A stretch of DNA of 64,000 bases from Fimbriosthenelais zetlandica. Its lineage: Eukaryota. Location: NCBI GenBank assembly GCA_977030845.1, contig OZ365116.1:16244001-16308000 (forward strand), written 5' to 3'. A model generated the notes under the pieces. That model did not search any database. It was given only the letters and a program-made list of their open reading frames with translations, and was not told the origin of the DNA. Made by a program: the position numbers and the translations under genes. This document shows, piece after piece, positions 60,911 through 64,000 of the stretch (positions are counted from its first letter, which is position 1; the number at the start of each line of letters is the position of its first letter).

Positions 60911-63900
60911 GATGTAATATCAATCAGAGTGAAGGAAGTCAGTGTCTGTCACTAGGAGGGAGTCAAGGAATGGAATTGTAATGGCAGGAACTCAAGTAAA
61001 ACACCTTATTGCTAGAGTTTTCTGAATCATGCCATCTCAATTCATCCAGGCATACAAAAAGCTAGCAGACCAGACATGTATACACAAGAGGAATAAAAGG
61101 ATCTATTCTAGACTCATTCCTTAGTAGTGAATATGTCCATAGAAAGATACTAACAAAGACAGGAGAAATCACCATTATAGAATAGCTCCTGAGATGGCAT
61201 TTAAGGGACTGTCTGCTGTATATGACTGGGATGAAATGGCTCCCATTTGTAAACAAAGCAGGCCTGGCTCCCCCATGTGCTGGCTTCAGAAAACGGTCCA
61301 AGTGATAATAGGGGAAGATTCCTCTCATCCTCCTGTTAAAATCAGAGGGCATTGTCTCCGACCAGGGAGAGTTTGCTGGATCCCCTCAGTTGGATTCCGT
61401 TGTCTGGGAAACGCGTTTAATTTGAGTGATAAAAAGTTGGACGAGCAAAGTCGCTTGATCAATGACTTAGATATGACTAGAAAAAGGCAGTGGGAGAAAG
61501 AGCGGATGAATTCCCAGCTCGAGCCTGGTGACAATTAGTCGGTGGATAAAGGGAGCCATTTTGTCCCCCTAGAGAACACGTGCCATCAGCAACTTCCGGT
61601 TCCCTTCAAGGACATCGAAGCAGGAATGGGTTTTAGTCTGTGTGTTAGGGATAAACTGTGTTTAAATGCATTCCACGATGAATAGAACAACGAATCAATG
61701 GTTCGATCTATAAATAAATTGGTGTTTTAAAGATCCAAGACTAAAAAGCGCATAATATTTTGAAGAGTTTCTACGGCACTAATAATTATTTACATGTCCA
61801 TATCATTCCTATATATAACCCTTAAGACCCTTAATGTTTCTGTGGCCTGAACCGGACTGCATGCAGCGAAAGAGATTGGGAAGGATGCGTTGGCGGGATT
61901 TAACAATGAAAATAGTGTAAGCAGAATAATTGTATGATTGTATGTTGACCTCCCAGTAAATATCTGACTCCAGAAGCAGGCAATCTCATGTACGAGTGAA
62001 TCATTGCAATAACTCAAGACACATAAAGATGAGAAATGTCCCTCCATGCAGCTCTAAATCTGGCACACAATTATTCCCATGGATGACAACACTTTATACA
62101 CTACAAGAGGACATTTGTAACTCCTAATTCTTTCTGTGTCTCTAGCATCGGAACCACCTAAAAGGACCCACCAATACCCCGGCAATTTGCAGAAACAGAA
62201 AAACACCCAAAATTTCATGGAATATATAGGCCTATATCCAAACCAATCCTGGACAGAATCCATCCATCCCTGTTGGGGAGGCAAACGTCAACACGAATCG
62301 CAATCCAAAGATCTTTGCGAAATTCCCCCTCTCTGAGCCATAAATCCTGTGGCTATTTCAGCAGGCGATTGTATGTTATTAATTTGTGTATCAGGGAGAA
62401 TTTGCTATGGTTTTCTGCAGAATGTTAATTTTTGGGTGAGTTTGTTGTGGTTTGGGTTTGCTAAGGACCTGGGTAAACCAAGCAGGCTCCCCTGCAGAGA
62501 GCAATGAGAAGTTACCATACATGTATTCATGCATGCATAGGCCTAACAGTAACACATCTTAAATTCATGCACAAATCTATTTTGGAATAAAGCTGAGTTA
62601 CTTGGTCATATCGTAAAGATATGAACCAATCAAACAACTTTGGCTCTGATATCATAATGCCCCTGAGTGTAAATCGATATCAGGGAGCATAAATCTCAAC
62701 ATTATTAAATTGCTTCTTTAAAAACATATTTTAAGGATGTTTTAAGAGTTCTGCAGAGGCAAACCTAGCGATAAAAGTCAAATCAGTAGATATCATAAGA
62801 AGTTGGGAGCCCTGAAGGCTGTTTGGGGAGAAAGTGGGTTAGTCCACCCGGACCTTAATAAGACTGGATGGAGAAGTTGGAAAGCCACTCTGATGGGATA
62901 TTCTAGACAGGATTTAGACCAGCTTTTCATCTGGCTTCACTAGAGGCTTTTAGACGAGAAAAGGTAAATCCTTCCGGTATAAAACCAGTGGTAAAAACAT
63001 GGCACAGGCAGGAACCCCATTCAAACATGTTTTCATTCTATCGATATATTGAAACAAACCATCCCTCTGCCTTATTTATTCTCATAAATGCTCTCAGGAT
63101 TTTAGAATATATAATTTTCTATTGCCTAAAACATGGGAAATACATATGTATACGTGTATCAGACAAAAATACAATAAATCGTCATTTGTGGACAAATAAA
63201 AAGGTTCCTCTACCCTACAGTTCTTCCTCCTCCCCTTCCCCTCGAGATATCATCTCATGCTCTCATTCCTCTCACGCCCAACCAATCAGCATTCCACCTA
63301 CCTGTCATGTGACAAATGACGTCATCAGCTTCTTCCTTGGACGCCAGGGGTCAGCAGTTATAGCCAGGAATGCTGGGAGGCCAGGGGATTGTGGGGAAGC
63401 ATCTTTCATTTTCATCACGGCTGGGTAGCGTGGTGTGTAATTCGTGGTGCAGGGTTCAGGTTTTAGTTCGGCAGTGGTATCAGACCTGTATGTGGTAAAA
63501 GGCAATACGTTAACATCTCATGGACTGAAATGACTACCGTCCTTAGCATAAAGCAAAGCAAGTAGATTCAGCTGGATCGAGCATCTCCTGCATGACATCC
63601 TCAATATTCCATGACGGTGAAGTCAATTTCAAAAGCAAAACAGAAATACACGAGAATTTGCCAGTGGACTTTGGCCTTAAGTTTCACTGATCATTGACTT
63701 AAAAGAAACTTTTTCCTTGAGGGAAAAAAGAAGACTTCTAACGAGCAAGCACTGGTGCCAGGATAAACTGGCTATTGATGTAGAATTGATTGAGATTAAA
63801 GAAGCTCGCCTTTACATCTTGATAAATCCATATTTCAGACCTCATATCCTCATAATCAGAGGTACATACTCACACAGGCCTGACTGATCTTATATACCCA

Positions 63901-64000
63901 TACATATTTAATTCACATCTCTAAAGATTTAATATGAGAAACTTCTTAGTACACTCTTCAACTCTTCAAATTCTAAACATGGTATACAGGCCTACCAAGA

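Noticed and set aside
1-64000. CRISPR arrays, rRNA genes, prokaryotic operons or intact transposons
   Set aside because: None seen. The DNA is intron-rich eukaryotic sequence with no long ORFs and no repeat-spacer arrays.

Overview
Animal genomic DNA, mostly non-coding, probably an invertebrate (not determinable from sequence alone). The only clearly identifiable protein-coding content is the 5' end of a kainate-type ionotropic glutamate receptor gene on the minus strand. It has a signal-peptide exon (16223-16136, MSEAAIFLTLMLVMLGFETSRSLPRTMKIG) spliced in phase 1 to an amino-terminal-domain exon (12421-12266, GLFEYEYRGQELAFKYAIEKINARRDILPYTKLTYDIEQLPAEDSFTAAKK). I could not find the next constitutive exon, so the following intron appears to run off the window start (>12 kb). 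A strong splice acceptor at 16531 suggests the 5'UTR is spliced, so much of 16.5-64 kb may be a long 5' intron rather than intergenic DNA. The most interesting signals are in the gene's sense orientation: a candidate frame-preserving 15-nt microexon (6467-6453), a candidate recursive splice site (polypyrimidine-AG|GTAAGT at 51609/51608), and a uORF ending on an alternative donor in the 5'UTR. There are also six RFX X-boxes, a dense CAGGTG E-box cluster, a recurring CAACCAATCAG + TCAYGTGA module, CTCF-like sites, decayed LINE fragments, tRNA-derived SINE-like heads and simple repeats. All calls were made by eye without database searches; everything beyond the two coding exons is a hypothesis.
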